A stretch of 64,000 nt of DNA from Octopus sinensis (GCF_006345805.1 NC_042999.1:118792001-118856000), one strand, 5' to 3'. Counted from the first letter of the stretch, positions 39,211 to 53,154 are shown. Numbers and translations are program-made. The notes: generated by a model not told the origin, from the letters alone.

Positions 39211-39601
39211 GTAAGTATAACCTTTCACTTTTAGCTATAACTATCTTTTTATGTGCTTCTGAATTAAAATTCTGCAAACACTATAGTCTAAGGCTAAAGA
39301 GGTTAGCATGTTGATTAGCACTCCAGGTTATCCCCAATAAAGCAGATATATGGGCAAAGGAATTCCAACCAGTTTCTTTTCTTTCCTTTTCTCTTGTATA
39401 CCTTGAAATTATTTGAAGAGATTTTTTAGTTAAATTGGCAAGAGAGTTGGCTGCTGTTGCTAACAGTTTCAGTGACCACATAGATGGACCTTTTGTTGCT
39501 TCAGATACACACATACACACACACATGCAATCACACACACACACACACACACACACCACACACACACACACACACACATGTATTTGTGTGTGTGTGTGTG
39601 T

Positions 39602-39640
<39 letters not shown>

Positions 39641-41219
39641 GGATGGATGGATGGATGGACAGACAGACAGCCTGACAGATAGATAAATTTGTTAACTTTT
39701 GCAAGGACAAGTTTGACAGTAACCTTTAAATTTTGGCTTGCTTGGCTTCATGAAATTGTTCTATACTTGGGTTCTTTTTGGCTTTATATAGTTTTCTTTA
39801 GCAAATGTATGTATGAGTTTATATATGTGTATATATACATGTGTGTGGGCATGTATGTGAGCATGTGTGTGAGTGAATATGTGTGTGCGAGAGAGTGTGT
39901 GTGTGTTTAAATTAATGTTTATTATTATGCCTATATATGTCATTATCATCATCATCATCATTGTTTAGCATCCATTTTCCATGCTGGCATGGGTTGGACG
40001 GTTCAACTGGGGTCTGGGAAGCCAGGAGGCTACAGCAGGCCCCAATCTGATCTGGCAGTGTTTCTACAGCTGGATGCCCTTCCTAATGCCAACCAATCTG
40101 AGAGTGTAGTGGGTGCTTTTTATGTGCCACTGGAGCTAGAGGAGCTGGAATTCACTACGATCAGATGGTGCTTTTTTTAATAGAAGAAGCATGTTCATTG
40201 CAGTGATCCTAGTATAAAGGCTTGGAATTTCTTATCAATCTCATTTTATGAAAAAAAATCTGATTTCTCTCTCTCTGTCCGTAACATGTGTGTAGAGAGG
40301 GGGAAGTAGGGAAAGAGGAAAGTTGTTGAGAGAGATATATACAGAGAGAGAGAGAGAGAAAGAGAGTGTGTATGTATGTGAAAGATAGATAAATAGGTAG
40401 TGTTGTCACCTTAGTAACTAACAAGTTTTGATTAAAAACGTGGGAATTTTAGGTGCTATTCTCTCAACACAATGCAACACAAACTTCAAAGAAAGACTAT
40501 ATCTATCTATACATATATAATAGATATAATTAATTTTATTTGTTTGATTGTTTGTGAGTGTTTCTGTCTTTCAACATATAGATAATACAACACTGACTTT
40601 AAAAAAAGACTTTCAATTTGAGCAATCAATGAAGGTACGTGTATGATTAATGACCTACTCTGGGTTGAAAACAAAGTAAGCTCCTGCATGATTTAGGGGA
40701 ATATTGTTTAGAAATTTTTATGTGATACTTTTCGTGTGAAACAGCTGCACTCTTCCAGATATGGGGGTTGAACTTCACAGGATTTATTTAAATCTGATTA
40801 GAGAGTGAAAGTATTTCCTGGTCATGAAAATAAAGTCTAGTCTTTGGAATGTAATTCTTTTAATATTATAGATGTGAGGGTCCCATATGTGTGTGTGTGT
40901 GTGGTTCATGAGTAATGGAGTGCAGTGTAAGAGAAGAAGATTGTTGGAGACTGCAATGCTGCAAAATTGTCTCTTTAGATTAGTAACAACTTCGACTTGG
41001 TACTGTTGAAAAGGTCTACATGTAATAAATGCACTGAATATTTTTTGTGGCCTTCATTCAGGAAAGGAGAGTAATTCCGATTAGAGATGCTTGAGTTGTT
41101 TGTAGGCTGTCAAGGAGGATTAAAGGGTGGTGACATAGATGTGTCAATGGAAGAGAGTAAGGAAAATTATTGAATATTGTAATACATCAATATCCATCTC
41201 TTTTTGAGTTGTGTGGGAG

Positions 41220-41405
41220 CTAGTCGATTACATTGACCCCCCCCCCACCCAGTGCGAAACTAGTGGTTATTTTATCGACCCTAAAAGGATGAAAGGATGA
41301 AAGGCAAAATTGATTGTGGAGGAATTTGAATCCATAACATAAAGACAGACTAAATACTGTTAAGCATTTTGTTCAGCATGCTAATAATTCTGCCAGCTTG
41401 CCACC
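41220..41405 (-). mobile_element. SINE family B
   Basis: Reverse complement of the family B body. Confidence 0.7.
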
Positions 41406-42716
41406 CTATAGTTTGTTCTTTCTTGAGCCATGCCTGGCTCATAAGGGCCGGTTTCTTGGTTTCTTTGGCGTATAGGTTCCCCACCTGGATGGGACGCCGG
41501 TCTGTGCAAGTGTGCCACCTTATAGTAGTACAGCAATATTGATAGTGTGTGAAGTAAGACACAGAGCTTTGTTGCCATAGATAAAAAAGAATATGTTACC
41601 AAAAATTTAAATCTATGATACAAGAAATAGGGAAAGCATCTCACACCAAATATAGTCAAACTTTCTGCTGATATTAAGTGCAAGAGCATTGATTTTTTTT
41701 TTTAAATCTCAGGAGAGACTGTTGTGTTGAATAAGAGAGAAAGCTTTGAGTTCATCTGGCTTTACATAAACCAACTAGCAGTTGCAGAGAAGAAAATGAG
41801 GCCCAAGGGGATAAAGGAGATTGTTTATAATTGTTTTTAATCATCTTTAAGATGTTTTATATGAAGGTATCAGGGTGGTAATTGTAAAGGTCAGAGAGGT
41901 TGTGCTTTTGTTGAAAGGCCACAATTCTATACTAATCAATGGTTTGAAGTAACTCAGTATAGATTGAAAATTCTGATATAAATTCACTTAGAAGTATATT
42001 ATATGAGAATAATGGAAAGACTTCTATTAAAATTTCTTATTTGTGGTAGTGTAGTAACTAGACAAGTTTTCAAACTTAATATCTCTCCATGGAAGTGAGG
42101 CAAGTGAGGTGAAGAACAAATGGCTTTCAGATGGCTGATATGGTGAACGAAGATACTGGATTAAATTTGGCTTTAATTCACTGGTAAAAAAAATAAGACC
42201 AAGTAATCTCCTTTCAAAGTGAAAACTAAAACAAATATCTGCATACTTGTAAAAATATTCTTTAAATTTGAATACTTGAAGTTTTAAATATACAAAAACT
42301 GGAATATTTTTTTCAGTGGTTCACTAATCTCTATTATGTCCATGTGTGTGTGTGGGGGGGAGGGTGTTTACATATATTCACATGTGCACATTAACACTCA
42401 CACACATACACACATTCTGTGGAGTGCAAATATTATTTATCTTGTTTTCTGAAGCAAGATAAAGAAATACTTATATTAATGTAAAATATCTCCACTAAAT
42501 CAACTTACTTTCTGAAGGAAGAATAAGGATTTAGAAGCATTAACTAGCTAACCTATACAAACACACACATGAATGTACACATATTCCAACAAGAAAAAAA
42601 AATGTTATTTACTGCACCTTGTTGCAAAGAAAATAAATATTTTTATATTAGAAATATTTCTAGTTGTATGCTTCACAAGTTATTTTTCCATTTGTATAGA
42701 TTTATTTCTTTTACAG

Positions 42717-42808
42717 CTTTCCGGATACACTTGAGTGGTTGTACAAAAGCCAAGCTTGATGAACTTGGGGGCTATAAATTTAAATATAGAGGAGAAGTCG
42801 AACTGAAG
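42717..42808 (+). CDS. Receptor-type guanylyl cyclase exon (PFRIHLSGCTKAKLDELGGYKFKYRGEVELK)
   Basis: ttttacAG acceptor, AAG|GTATGA donor, phase 1 in and phase 0 out, consistent with both neighbours. Confidence 0.95.
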
Positions 42809-45800
42809 GTATGAATTTCATATATGTTACACCTATATTTCTACATATTACTGAAAGCTAAGTAGTGGTATCAACAAAAGCTTATCAAAATCAAAATAAA
42901 TCTTATGCATTTATAAATGCACATATATATGTGTATATATGTATCTGTGTGTATGCCCATGTTTTTGTTACTTCTAAGGTTATTTACCTGATCTTCTAAC
43001 CTATTTTTGCAGTTATTCTGCACTTGAAATTTACTTTATTTTCTATTTTCTGTAATATACACATGCGTGCATGCACACACACACACATATATATACATCG
43101 GTATATACATATGTGCAGCAATGCATATGCACATCCTGCATTCATGCACACACGTATATGCATGTGTGTGTGCATGTGTCTTCTTTCAACACAGAAGAAT
43201 GTAATGGAGATATATCTCTTCCATGCAATATAACTTCCATTTCCTTCTCTAATAGATCTAATAGATCTCTCCCTCTCACTCTCTTTCTAATAAATCATAA
43301 TCTGCATGTTATAGAAACATAACTTATTGTTGGGCAGTTTGCATATATTGAAAAAAATGTGTTTCCCTTTATGATTTGTATGCTGTTTTCACTTTTTCTT
43401 TTCTGGACTTATCTATCATTAAATTTATTTCTAAAAGAGTTTTAGCTTTTTTCATTTCTCTAGATTTCACTGAAATAACATTTTCACAATTCCAAGTACA
43501 CAACGTATGGAACATAACAACATTTTATTAATTTTGAATAGATCTTTTCATCAGAAAAGGAATGAGTAGTATTTTGGATAGTTATATTTATCACCATCTA
43601 ACTGACTTCTCATTGGTTGGATAGTTCTCAGTTAATTTCCTCTCTGTCAAAGATTCTTGACTGAAAATATCACCACACCTCTAAAAACGTTTTGTGAACT
43701 GTATTAAGGGATTTTTGATGACACAGACTTTTGCTGGTTTTCTTCGTTGATGTTAATATAGTTCAGTTCATATGAATTTAGTTTGAATTTTAGCAGATAT
43801 AGTGTTAAAAGAAAAATATGTGGATACATGAAGGAAGCTACACAATGATTTAGTTTTCAGGAGGAAGAATACATACTAAGTGTTTAAAACTCTTTTTCTG
43901 TGTCTTCCATCATATCACCCTTTACTTAACAAACACAAACACTATCACACTCAGAGGAAATGTTTTGAATATGCAAATAAAGCACCTATTCTATTATGTT
44001 GGCCACAGTCTAATGATACTGAGTGGTGAACCAATTTTTTGAAGTAGCACCTAGCTATACCGATATAATGTAGGATAGATATAATAATAATGACAATAAT
44101 CCTTAGGTGGAATTTATAAACATTCAATTCATTGCTACGCGTGTTTCCACAAATCACATATCTCTGAAGATCATAGTCCGTATTGCTGGGATGATTTCAG
44201 GGCAGTTCATAGTATCCATGGGTATTGGGTTGATCACCTTTATAGATTCATATATATATATACATACATATACAATAGGCTTCTTTCAGTTTCCATCTCC
44301 CAAATCCACTTGCAAGGCTTTGATTGGCCCAAGGTTATAGTAGAAGACACTTGCCAAAGGTGCCATGCAGTGGGATTGAACCCCAAACTAGGTGGTTGAG
44401 AAGCATGCTTCTTACCACACATCCACGCCTGAATGGTGGCACTAACATTTGCCACTAGATTTTTATTTGCTTTCTCCTACTAAGTAGTAAATTTCAATTC
44501 ATTGGAAATTTTTTGCTCACATTATCCAACACATCTCTACCTATATGATATGTCCACCACTGCCACTTTACTCCCATTCTGTTCACTTTTGTTTGTCATT
44601 TTATATATGGATACTTAGCCGATCATGCCATTAGTCACATGCTTGTCTCAAAGCTTAAGCTACACAAGTGTAAATTTTCAACACCTCCTTGATTAAGACC
44701 TTTCTCTCTTCCAATATTTCCATTGATCATTGCCTCCACTGAGTCAGCAATTATCCTCTCCTACCACTATACATCTCTCATCCATCTCATGCACTATGCC
44801 CGTTTCTCTCCTCCCCACCTACTTCTCTAATTTACCACATTATCCTTCTCTTGTCCTTCTCTTGTTTATTATTTCATCATTACTTCTCTGCTGCTCAGTA
44901 CTATCAGGCATCTCCTATCTCCACCTCTCTTGCTCTCTGGCTCCTTCTCCCTATCATCCCCACCCTCTCTTCTAAAATGTGAGTAGTCATGTAGCTCCTC
45001 TACAGCAAGAAACTTTTTCTGCTCTGGCTCCTTCTCTCATACATTTACCCATCTTTTGCTCCTCACTTTCCAGCATAAAGCTTACCCTTCCCACTTCCCT
45101 GGGATTATAGTCATACAAAATGCATGTTGACTCCACTATTTCCAGTGGTAGGGAAAAAAGCACCCAGTATACACTGCAAAATGGTTGGCATGAGGAAGGG
45201 CATCCAGTCATAGGAACTATGCCAAAGCAGACACTGTAGCATGATCCAGCCCTCGGGCCCACCAGATTTTGTCAAACTATTCAACCCATGCTAGCATGGT
45301 ACATGAATGCTAAATGATGATGAAGTTACTTAAATGGAATCGGCTTTTCTTTTCACTGCTTAGACAGAATAAGAGATGTAGTTGCCAAAAAATGTACATA
45401 ACTATATTTCATAATCAAAATATATGAACATCATCTTTCCTGTTATATTTATAAAGTTAAACAATATTGATATTGATTTCGCATGGTGTTTCAATTATTC
45501 TTTAATTAAATAATGAACTAAAATTCTAATTAGCTATGATCTAGTTGGTGTAAGAAGTTAATTATACTTTCATTAAGAAACGTGTGCCCAGCAGCTTGTA
45601 AATTGAATTATTTATCTATTCATTGTCAACAGAAGTGTAAGAAATTAGACCAGCTAAGTGGATAAAGTTGTTGCTTGTCATTAGGAAATTCATGCATTCA
45701 TAACATGATTGTATCATTACTTTTCAGATTTGAACTGACTGAGGAAGAGAGGCTGCGTTCTTATTCTTTGTAGGCTTTTTCAGATAAGTCAGAGCTGATG

Positions 45801-46720
45801 CAGTCTATGTCTAAGTTGAACTTCTGTTTTCTGTTGTCTATGCCCTAACTACTTCTTGTAGTGAATTGCATTTTTGCATGTGTTTTATGACGACATTGAT
45901 GAATAGGTGATAAAAAGCGATTGCTTTGCACACAATGATGTAATATAAATCATTTTATTTTTTTTTATAATGTTGACCATCATCTTATCCCTTTAGTTAC
46001 AGGAGGCTCTCATATCTAATAAGAATGCAGGTGAGAGAGAAAAAAAAAGAAAGAAACAAGATTAGGTGAAGTTTTAAATTACTTGAATCTGTCAACTGGT
46101 TTGGTGATTTTTCAGAAATGAGATTAAATCTTATCACATAAGAAGGATGTCTACAGAATTAATTTTGCTTAGAGTCCTGAGGAAAAATGATATGATTCTT
46201 GAATCAGTAACCAGCATTGCATCATGTCTCAACATAAGAGATATTCTATTCATCTTAGTGAATCTAACTGAAAATAAAAAAGTAAATGGTTTAATAGAGA
46301 GTTGATCCTCTACGGTAAAACATTTTATCAAATATATTAGGAAACTTTTAAACATTTTTATGATCTAAAATTCTGTATAGCATATATCCTTTATTTTTAT
46401 GTTTTTTACCTTGTTATTTGATTCAGTCATTAGACTGTGGTCATGCTGGGGCATCACTTTGAAGATTATAGTTGAACAAATTGAACCCCCAGTACATTCT
46501 TTTTTCCCTTTTAATGTCTGGGACTTACTTTAGTGGTCTCTTTTTACCAAATTGATAACTAATAGGTTTGTAAATACATCAATGGTAGCTGTCAAGCAAG
46601 GGTTGGGGACAAATGTAAACACAAAGACACATGCATACATACATACATACATACATACATACATACATACATACATACATACATGCATACATACATACAT
46701 GCATGCATGCATACATACAT

Positions 46721-46760
<40 letters not shown>

Positions 46761-46934
46761 ACATAATAATAATAGAAAATTTAGACATATATATAATTAT
46801 ATTAGTGTGTTTAAATGTTGAGTAGAGCACTGGCACAGTTTAGGCTACTTGATGTCATCTGTAGTTGTGGTACACTTCTGTTGGATTTGCTTCAGGAACT
46901 TCTCTGTGGCAGTTAGGGTAATAGTTTTAATTAA

Positions 46935-47335
46935 AGGCAGCGAGCTGGCAGAAATGTTAGCACACCGGGCGAAATGCATAGCCGTATTTCGTCTGCTGTT
47001 ATGTTCTGAGTTCAAATTCCGCCGAGGTCGACTTTGCCTTTCATCCTTTCTGGGTTGATAAATTAAGTACCAGTTATGCACTGGGGTCGATGTAAGCGAC
47101 TTAATCTGTGTGTCTGTCCTTGTTTGTCCCCTCTGTGTTTAGCCCCTTGTGGGTAGTAAAGAAATAGGTATTTTGTCTGTCTTTACGTTCTGAGTTCAAA
47201 TTCTGCCAAGGTCATCTTTGCCTTTCATCCTTTCAGGGTTGATAAATTAAATACCAGTTGCGTACTGGAGTCGATCTAATCGACTGGCCCCTTTCTCCAA
47301 AATTTTGGACCTTGTGCCAAGAGTAAAAAAGAATT
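46935..47335 (+). mobile_element. Head-to-tail pair of family B SINEs (second lacks the head and has a different tail)
   Basis: gtattt(c/t)gtctg..gttctgagttcaaatt..tttcatcctttc..gataaattaa repeated at about 46985 and 47170. Confidence 0.85.
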
Positions 47336-47373
47336 AATAGTAGGAGATGGATTTCATATTAGACTTTTATTAG

Positions 47374-47418
47374 GTACAACATATGTTTCGACCCATCAGT
47401 CTGGGTCTCTTCAGATAC
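47374..47418 (-). ncRNA. Minimal type-I hammerhead ribozyme motif, intact core
   Basis: Minus strand: GUAU CUGAAGA GACCCA-GACUGA-UGGGUC GAAA CAUAUG UU GUAC; 4-bp stem I, perfect 6-bp stem II, palindromic stem III ACAUAUGU, GUU cleavage triplet. Confidence 0.75.
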
Positions 47419-47570
47419 ATTGATAAAGAAGGTCTCACTTGAGAATTTTGTGTCAGCTGGCTTATTGTTATATGCCCATCCAGTTTGAACTGGATATAAC
47501 AACAAGCCAGTATATAACAACAAGCTAGCTGACACAAGAAAAAAATCTCTAGTGAGGCTTCTTTGTCAAT

Positions 47571-47615
47571 GTACCTGAAGAGACCCAGACTGATTGGTCA
47601 AAACATATGTTGTAT
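47571..47615 (+). ncRNA. Hammerhead ribozyme motif, degenerate (GAAA>AAAA)
   Basis: GUAC CUGAAGA GACCCA-GACUGA-UUGGUC AAAA CAUAUG UU GUAU; mirror copy in the right arm of the foldback; G12 mutated and one stem II mismatch. Confidence 0.6.
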
Positions 47616-47687
47616 CTGATAAAAGTCTAATATGAAATCTATCTTATATTATTAATTAATACTATATATATATACATACATTTACTG

Positions 47688-47729
<42 letters not shown>

Positions 47730-47920
47730 TCGCTACATTTGCGGTACCTGCCAGAGGGAGTGTTTGTCCAGGATAGGACTACACAGCCACAGCAGGAAAT
47801 GTATCAGGACATGAAATATAAAAGCCAGACTAGACTACTTCATGTGCAACTCCATTGTCTCCCGAGACAGAAAGGATGCCAATGCAATACAATATATATA
47901 TGTATATGTATACATGTGAA

Positions 47921-47961
<41 letters not shown>

Positions 47962-50559
47962 AGCTGATGTTGGATCTATCTGGGCTGATGTAAGAAGTGT
48001 CACCTGTTTAAAATATACCTTGTTTAAAACTTTACCTGTTGATGGTGCATTATGTGATGATGTAATCTATGAATAATTGAAAAAAATGTTACTGAAATAT
48101 CTATCTTAAATTTTAAATACCATTTGTGTTTACTTTTATATATATATATACATACACATATAAACATATGCACTTATACATATATATTCATACACACACA
48201 CGTCATATATATATATATATATATATATGACAGGCTTCTTTCAGTTTCCATTTATCAAATCCACTCACAAGGCTTTGGTTGTTCCAGGGCTATATTAGAA
48301 GACTTCTAACCAGATTTTATCCCAAGGAAATATTTAATATTTCCAAGGTGTTAACTGAATTTTAATTTCCCCGAAAGAAATTAGTCAATGACATACCACC
48401 TCTCCAGCTATAATTTTAACTAGATCTGATACTTTTTAAAAAAAGAACATTACTCTAACTATGCATTTTTAGATTAGTTTTGTTGAATATTTAGCATATA
48501 TAAAATGTATGCTAGTAATTCTTTTACCTACATCAGTATATTTGAATATAATTTAAGATTCTCAAAGCTATATGTGATAAGCAACCACATGCATCATTTC
48601 AGCTACTGGGAGAGATCTATAATTTCATTTCCATATGTTCTTTGAGACAATTTTGATATAAAATATATTTTATCAGTGCTGAAGCTTAGTTATTTTTTTT
48701 TTTTTTTTTTTTTTTTTAAGCTATGTATCTTTCTTACTACCAACCTTTCACACACACAGAATGGTACTTATTGCCATGGTGGATTTAGATGTAAAAAGGA
48801 GATATGTGCATTTACTCTAAGAATATTGCAATGGTTTGAACTTCTCACTACATAGCTGTTCACTTAAATATTACAGCTGCAGTATTTCATCGAAAGAAAT
48901 TATGTATATACTTCACTTCTTGACTATTTATCAATAAAATGACAAACATATTGAAATAGGTGTACATTCAGTATCTATGTCTAACTACTGTATATCCAAC
49001 TGTTTCTTTCCATAAAGACAGACGGAGAGGCAGGTAGCACACAGGCAGACAATAGATAGATAACTCATGTGACATAGTGATGTATTACTATACTTATGGA
49101 GAATGATTTAGTAGAATTTAGTTTGTGGCTAGAGGTGTTAGAGTGTGAGTTTCCAACTGGAAATAGACATGCAGGTAGTATCAATAAGAGTTAAATATGT
49201 TGATGTTTGTCTTCAGAGATTTATGTGCAGTGATTAGAGAAATATATAAGCTTGGTATCTTAACAATGGATTAGAAAAAGCATTAGTTCTTTTTGTAAAT
49301 GGAGAAAAGAAACATCCATTCGTGAAAGTGGAAGGGTGACCCTAGAATAACAAATGATATCATTGTAATGCAAGGCATGAGAGAAGCGATAAAATGAAGA
49401 ATGTGAGTAGAATTAGAAAATCGAAATAAACCACCTTCTTTCATGAAGTGAGAGAATTAAAAATATTTATGAGACAGTTTGTAGTTGATAATGTATATTG
49501 CAAACGGTTCAGTGACTAGAAAGGTTTGAATATTCACTATGGTTCTGATGCCATGAATGCACATATACGTTACACATAATAATATTTCAGATGATTGCTA
49601 AAGAAATTAATAAACACATATAGCTTTTATTTCACTTACAAATATCAACCATAAGAATATATTTTTTTTACATGGAGTAGTTTTTAGACATATTTATTTA
49701 TTTATAAATGTATTTTATTTTATTAATTTGACACAATTTATTAATTTGATCTTAGTTTAGTGGAAAAGCTATAATTTACTGATCATCATCTTTCAGCTGA
49801 AATTGCAATGACTTCCATTCTCGAAATAATCTCCAAGTATATAATTCCTCTAATTATTGAGCTATTTGTATCACTGGGAATTACATGTTACATGCTTTTG
49901 CTTATACCCCCTCTAGCTCTTCTTTGTTCACTTATTAACAAGTTGTAAGCCCATGGCTTGGAGTGTACACACATAGCTTATTTTAAGATATGAAGTGTGT
50001 GTATATACATACATGCATGCATACATGCATCCATACCTACCAACATGCATACAAACATACATATGCACATACACACACGTACACACATGAGTGCCCGCTC
50101 ACACACAGAGGTGATAATGATGATGATGATGATGATATATATTACAGCAGTATCAGCACCAAGCAGTGTTTAAGCATAAGTGAACTTTAGGTTAGTTAAA
50201 ATATGTTTGTGACATATTTCAACTTCTGAAGGCAAATTCATTGCAGTTATTAAAATATTATATATGTATGCATTATATAGACATTAAAAGATTACACACA
50301 TACACACACACACACACACATATATATTTAATGTCGCTTTTTCATGCTGGCATGGGTTGGATGATTTGACATGGTCTGCCAGGGCCAAGGACAGCATCAT
50401 GTCCCAGTATCTGCTTTGCCATTGTTTCTACAGCTGAATACCCCTCATAATGCCAACAACTTCACTGGGTGTACTGGGTGCTCTTTTTTAATCCTGACTC
50501 CAGTACTAGTGGGGTTATTATACTGCTCACAAGGCTAAGAACCCATTCAAATGATGGGA

Positions 50560-51200
50560 CTACAGTAGAGAAAAGTGGCTTTATATAAAGAGATAAGAAG
50601 TTAATGTATGAAAGTGGAGGCCAGACCTGCAGGGAACAACTTCCAATTTTGTTCTGTAGAAAACTTTGGGAATGAAAATCCATCGATCATAAGTTTGCAA
50701 CAAATCTACAAATGATGTATTACAGTATGAAAGGCCATACCACCAGGCTTGTAAAAGTCCCTCTTGTAGATAATCTAGAGTAATTTTGAGGTGGGATCTG
50801 GAATGTAAACAAACGACACAACCCTTAGGCAAAGTGGTTAAGTGCACTATGAAGTGAGTACTGCATAAATACCTTTGTCAAAACTTATAATATCAACAGT
50901 GAAACTCCAGATGGTTTTGCAAAACAGCCAAATAGGAAGTCCCCTAGGTGGGATCTGATAGTCAGTTATTGGTATAGAATGCCCATACTCTACAGAGCAG
51001 CACTAGATAACCTATTACAAAGAACAATGAATGCTGAGATTGCTGTGCTTGGTAATTTGGCTGTTGAATGAACAACACTAGTAGCTAAAAAAACAGGGGA
51101 CACATGTGGCCAGAAACGACAGACTTGTAGTGTGCTTGGATGTGATACATGAATTATACACAGGTTGCTTGAATGCATTTATTCAAGATCACTGTAAACA
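50560..51200 (+). mobile_element. Degraded R4-like LINE RT N-terminal fragment
   Basis: NRKSPRWDLIVSYWYR..TTLVAKK..VVCLDVIHELYTGCLNAFIQDHC resembles NWKAPG.D.I..YW / NYRPIACLN..YKLYT. Confidence 0.5.
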
Positions 51201-51527
51201 CTTGTTTCATGATCACTTGTTTCAGTCATTGGACTGTAGCCATGCTGGAGCACTTCAATGAAGAGCATAATCAAACAAATCAATCCCAGTATTTATTTAA
51301 TTATAATTGTGGTACTTATTCTGTCACTTGCTTTTGCTGAACCACCAAGTTATGGGGATCTAAACAAACCAGCCATGATTGTCAAATGGTGGTGGGGACA
51401 AACACAAACAAATAAACATATACATATATACATATGTAGATAGATAGATGAATAGAGAGACAAATAGATAGATAGATAGATAGATAGATACATACATACA
51501 TACATACTACATACATACATACATACA

Positions 51528-51563
<36 letters not shown>

Positions 51564-52484
51564 TATAGTGTATCTTGTGTGTAAAAATAGATGTATGATG
51601 CTACTGTCATATTTAGAGCTCCATGTAGAATATCACATTCCAGTCTATTTCCATTATAGTAACTAGTAACTAATATACCATGTACTAGTATTACTTGTAC
51701 ATGAGCTCAGAATGGGCTCACATTGCTCCAGTTCACTCATTTTCAGAAATGAGTTGCGATGTACTGGATAATATCAGTGGAGAGGGGAGACTGGTATTCA
51801 TGAATGACTGCTGGTCTTCCGTAAAAGCAACCTTGCACGAACCTGAGCCTTGGAGGGCAACTTTCTAGGTGCAATTCCATGGTTATTCAAGACTGAAATG
51901 GATCCTTTTCATTACTAGTTATGAAATATATAACAATTGTAGGCAAAAATAAGATAAACAAGAGTTTATATTATTAGTTTCTACAAACCTTTCAGCATCT
52001 ATCCAACTCTTGATATTAGTTCTCTCTAATTGACTACAATAAACTGTTCTTTTGTGATCTGCTCTGGTTAAGCATTCATATTCACACAGAACACCTAATG
52101 CAAAGTTCCAAGCAGCCACCATGGTGAAACATATGTAGGGATTGATTACATAAACTCTTGTTTCTCTTAATTTATTCTATATGTATATGTATATGTATGT
52201 GTGTGTGAAAGAGAAAGACAGAGGAAGAGAGAGGGAAAGGGAGAGAGAAAGAGAGAGAGAACGAGTCTGTGCATGTGTCTTTTACCAGTGTATATTGACA
52301 ATATACCAGCAAGAAACACACATAAGGAAAGAAAAGAAAACTGCTGATATTCCCTTGACATTTTCATATCAGAAGAGTAAAGAAAGAGCCAATGACTGGC
52401 TTACTGGAAACCAGTAACCAATGGCAACTTGCAACATAAAATAACTAATAAAATAAATTACTCAGTTACAATATGAACAGTAAC

Positions 52485-52655
52485 ATCATCATCATTGTCA
52501 TCATCATCATCATCGTCATCACCATTATCATCATCCTCACTGTCATCATCCTCATCACCATCATTATCATCACCACCACCACCACCACCACCACCACCAC
52601 CATCACCACCACCACCAGCAGCAACAGCAGTAGTGGCGGCGGTGGTAGCAGTCAT
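52485..52655. repeat. (CAT)/(CAC)/(CAG) trinucleotide mosaic
   Basis: Directly visible, about 170 nt upstream of the 52826 acceptor. Confidence 0.9.
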
Positions 52656-52825
52656 GGAATAATGTCATTGTCACTCTGATTTATTTACTTGAATTATGAC
52701 ATACATGCAGGTTGTTTAAAATGGTTCCAAGTAAAATGAAAACACTACTAAATTTAAATTCTATATATACGCATATATATATTCATTTAAATTAACATTT
52801 GTTTTATTCTTTGCTTTTGTTTTAG

Positions 52826-52905
52826 GGTAAAGGAATAGCAAACACATACTGGCTTGTTGGTAAAGAAGGATTTGATAAGAAGCTGCCAGCTGATCCAACA
52901 AAAGA
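52826..52905 (+). CDS. Receptor-type guanylyl cyclase exon (GKGIANTYWLVGKEGFDKKLPADPTK)
   Basis: ttttgttttAG acceptor; KGKG..TYWL motif closes the cyclase domain; GA|GTAATT phase-2 donor matches the phase of the 62832 exon. Confidence 0.92.
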
Positions 52906-53154
52906 GTAATTAAAATCAATATTTCTTTTTATTGATTGCTAGTTTTAGTTGCAACAAAAGTAAATATGTTGAATGAATCACTTATTTCCTCTCCCACATG
53001 GGAGATATTGTAAAATTTGCTTTCAAACTATTTTATTTACACACACACGTGCGTGCACACATGCACACAAACACATACACACACATATGTAAGCATGCAA
53101 TTACATATATATATGTATATATATAAATATAAATATATATTTATAAACAAATGA

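Larger units (their letters stand above)
47345..47644. mobile_element. 300-bp foldback element with a hammerhead motif in each arm
   Basis: agatggatttcatattagacttttat... / ...ataaaagtctaatatgaaatctatct; arms pair nearly to the centre. Confidence 0.88.

Noticed and set aside
44125-44200. Minus-strand GAAACACGCGUA, resembling a PLE hammerhead stem III
   Set aside because: No CUGANGA or stem II at the right spacing.
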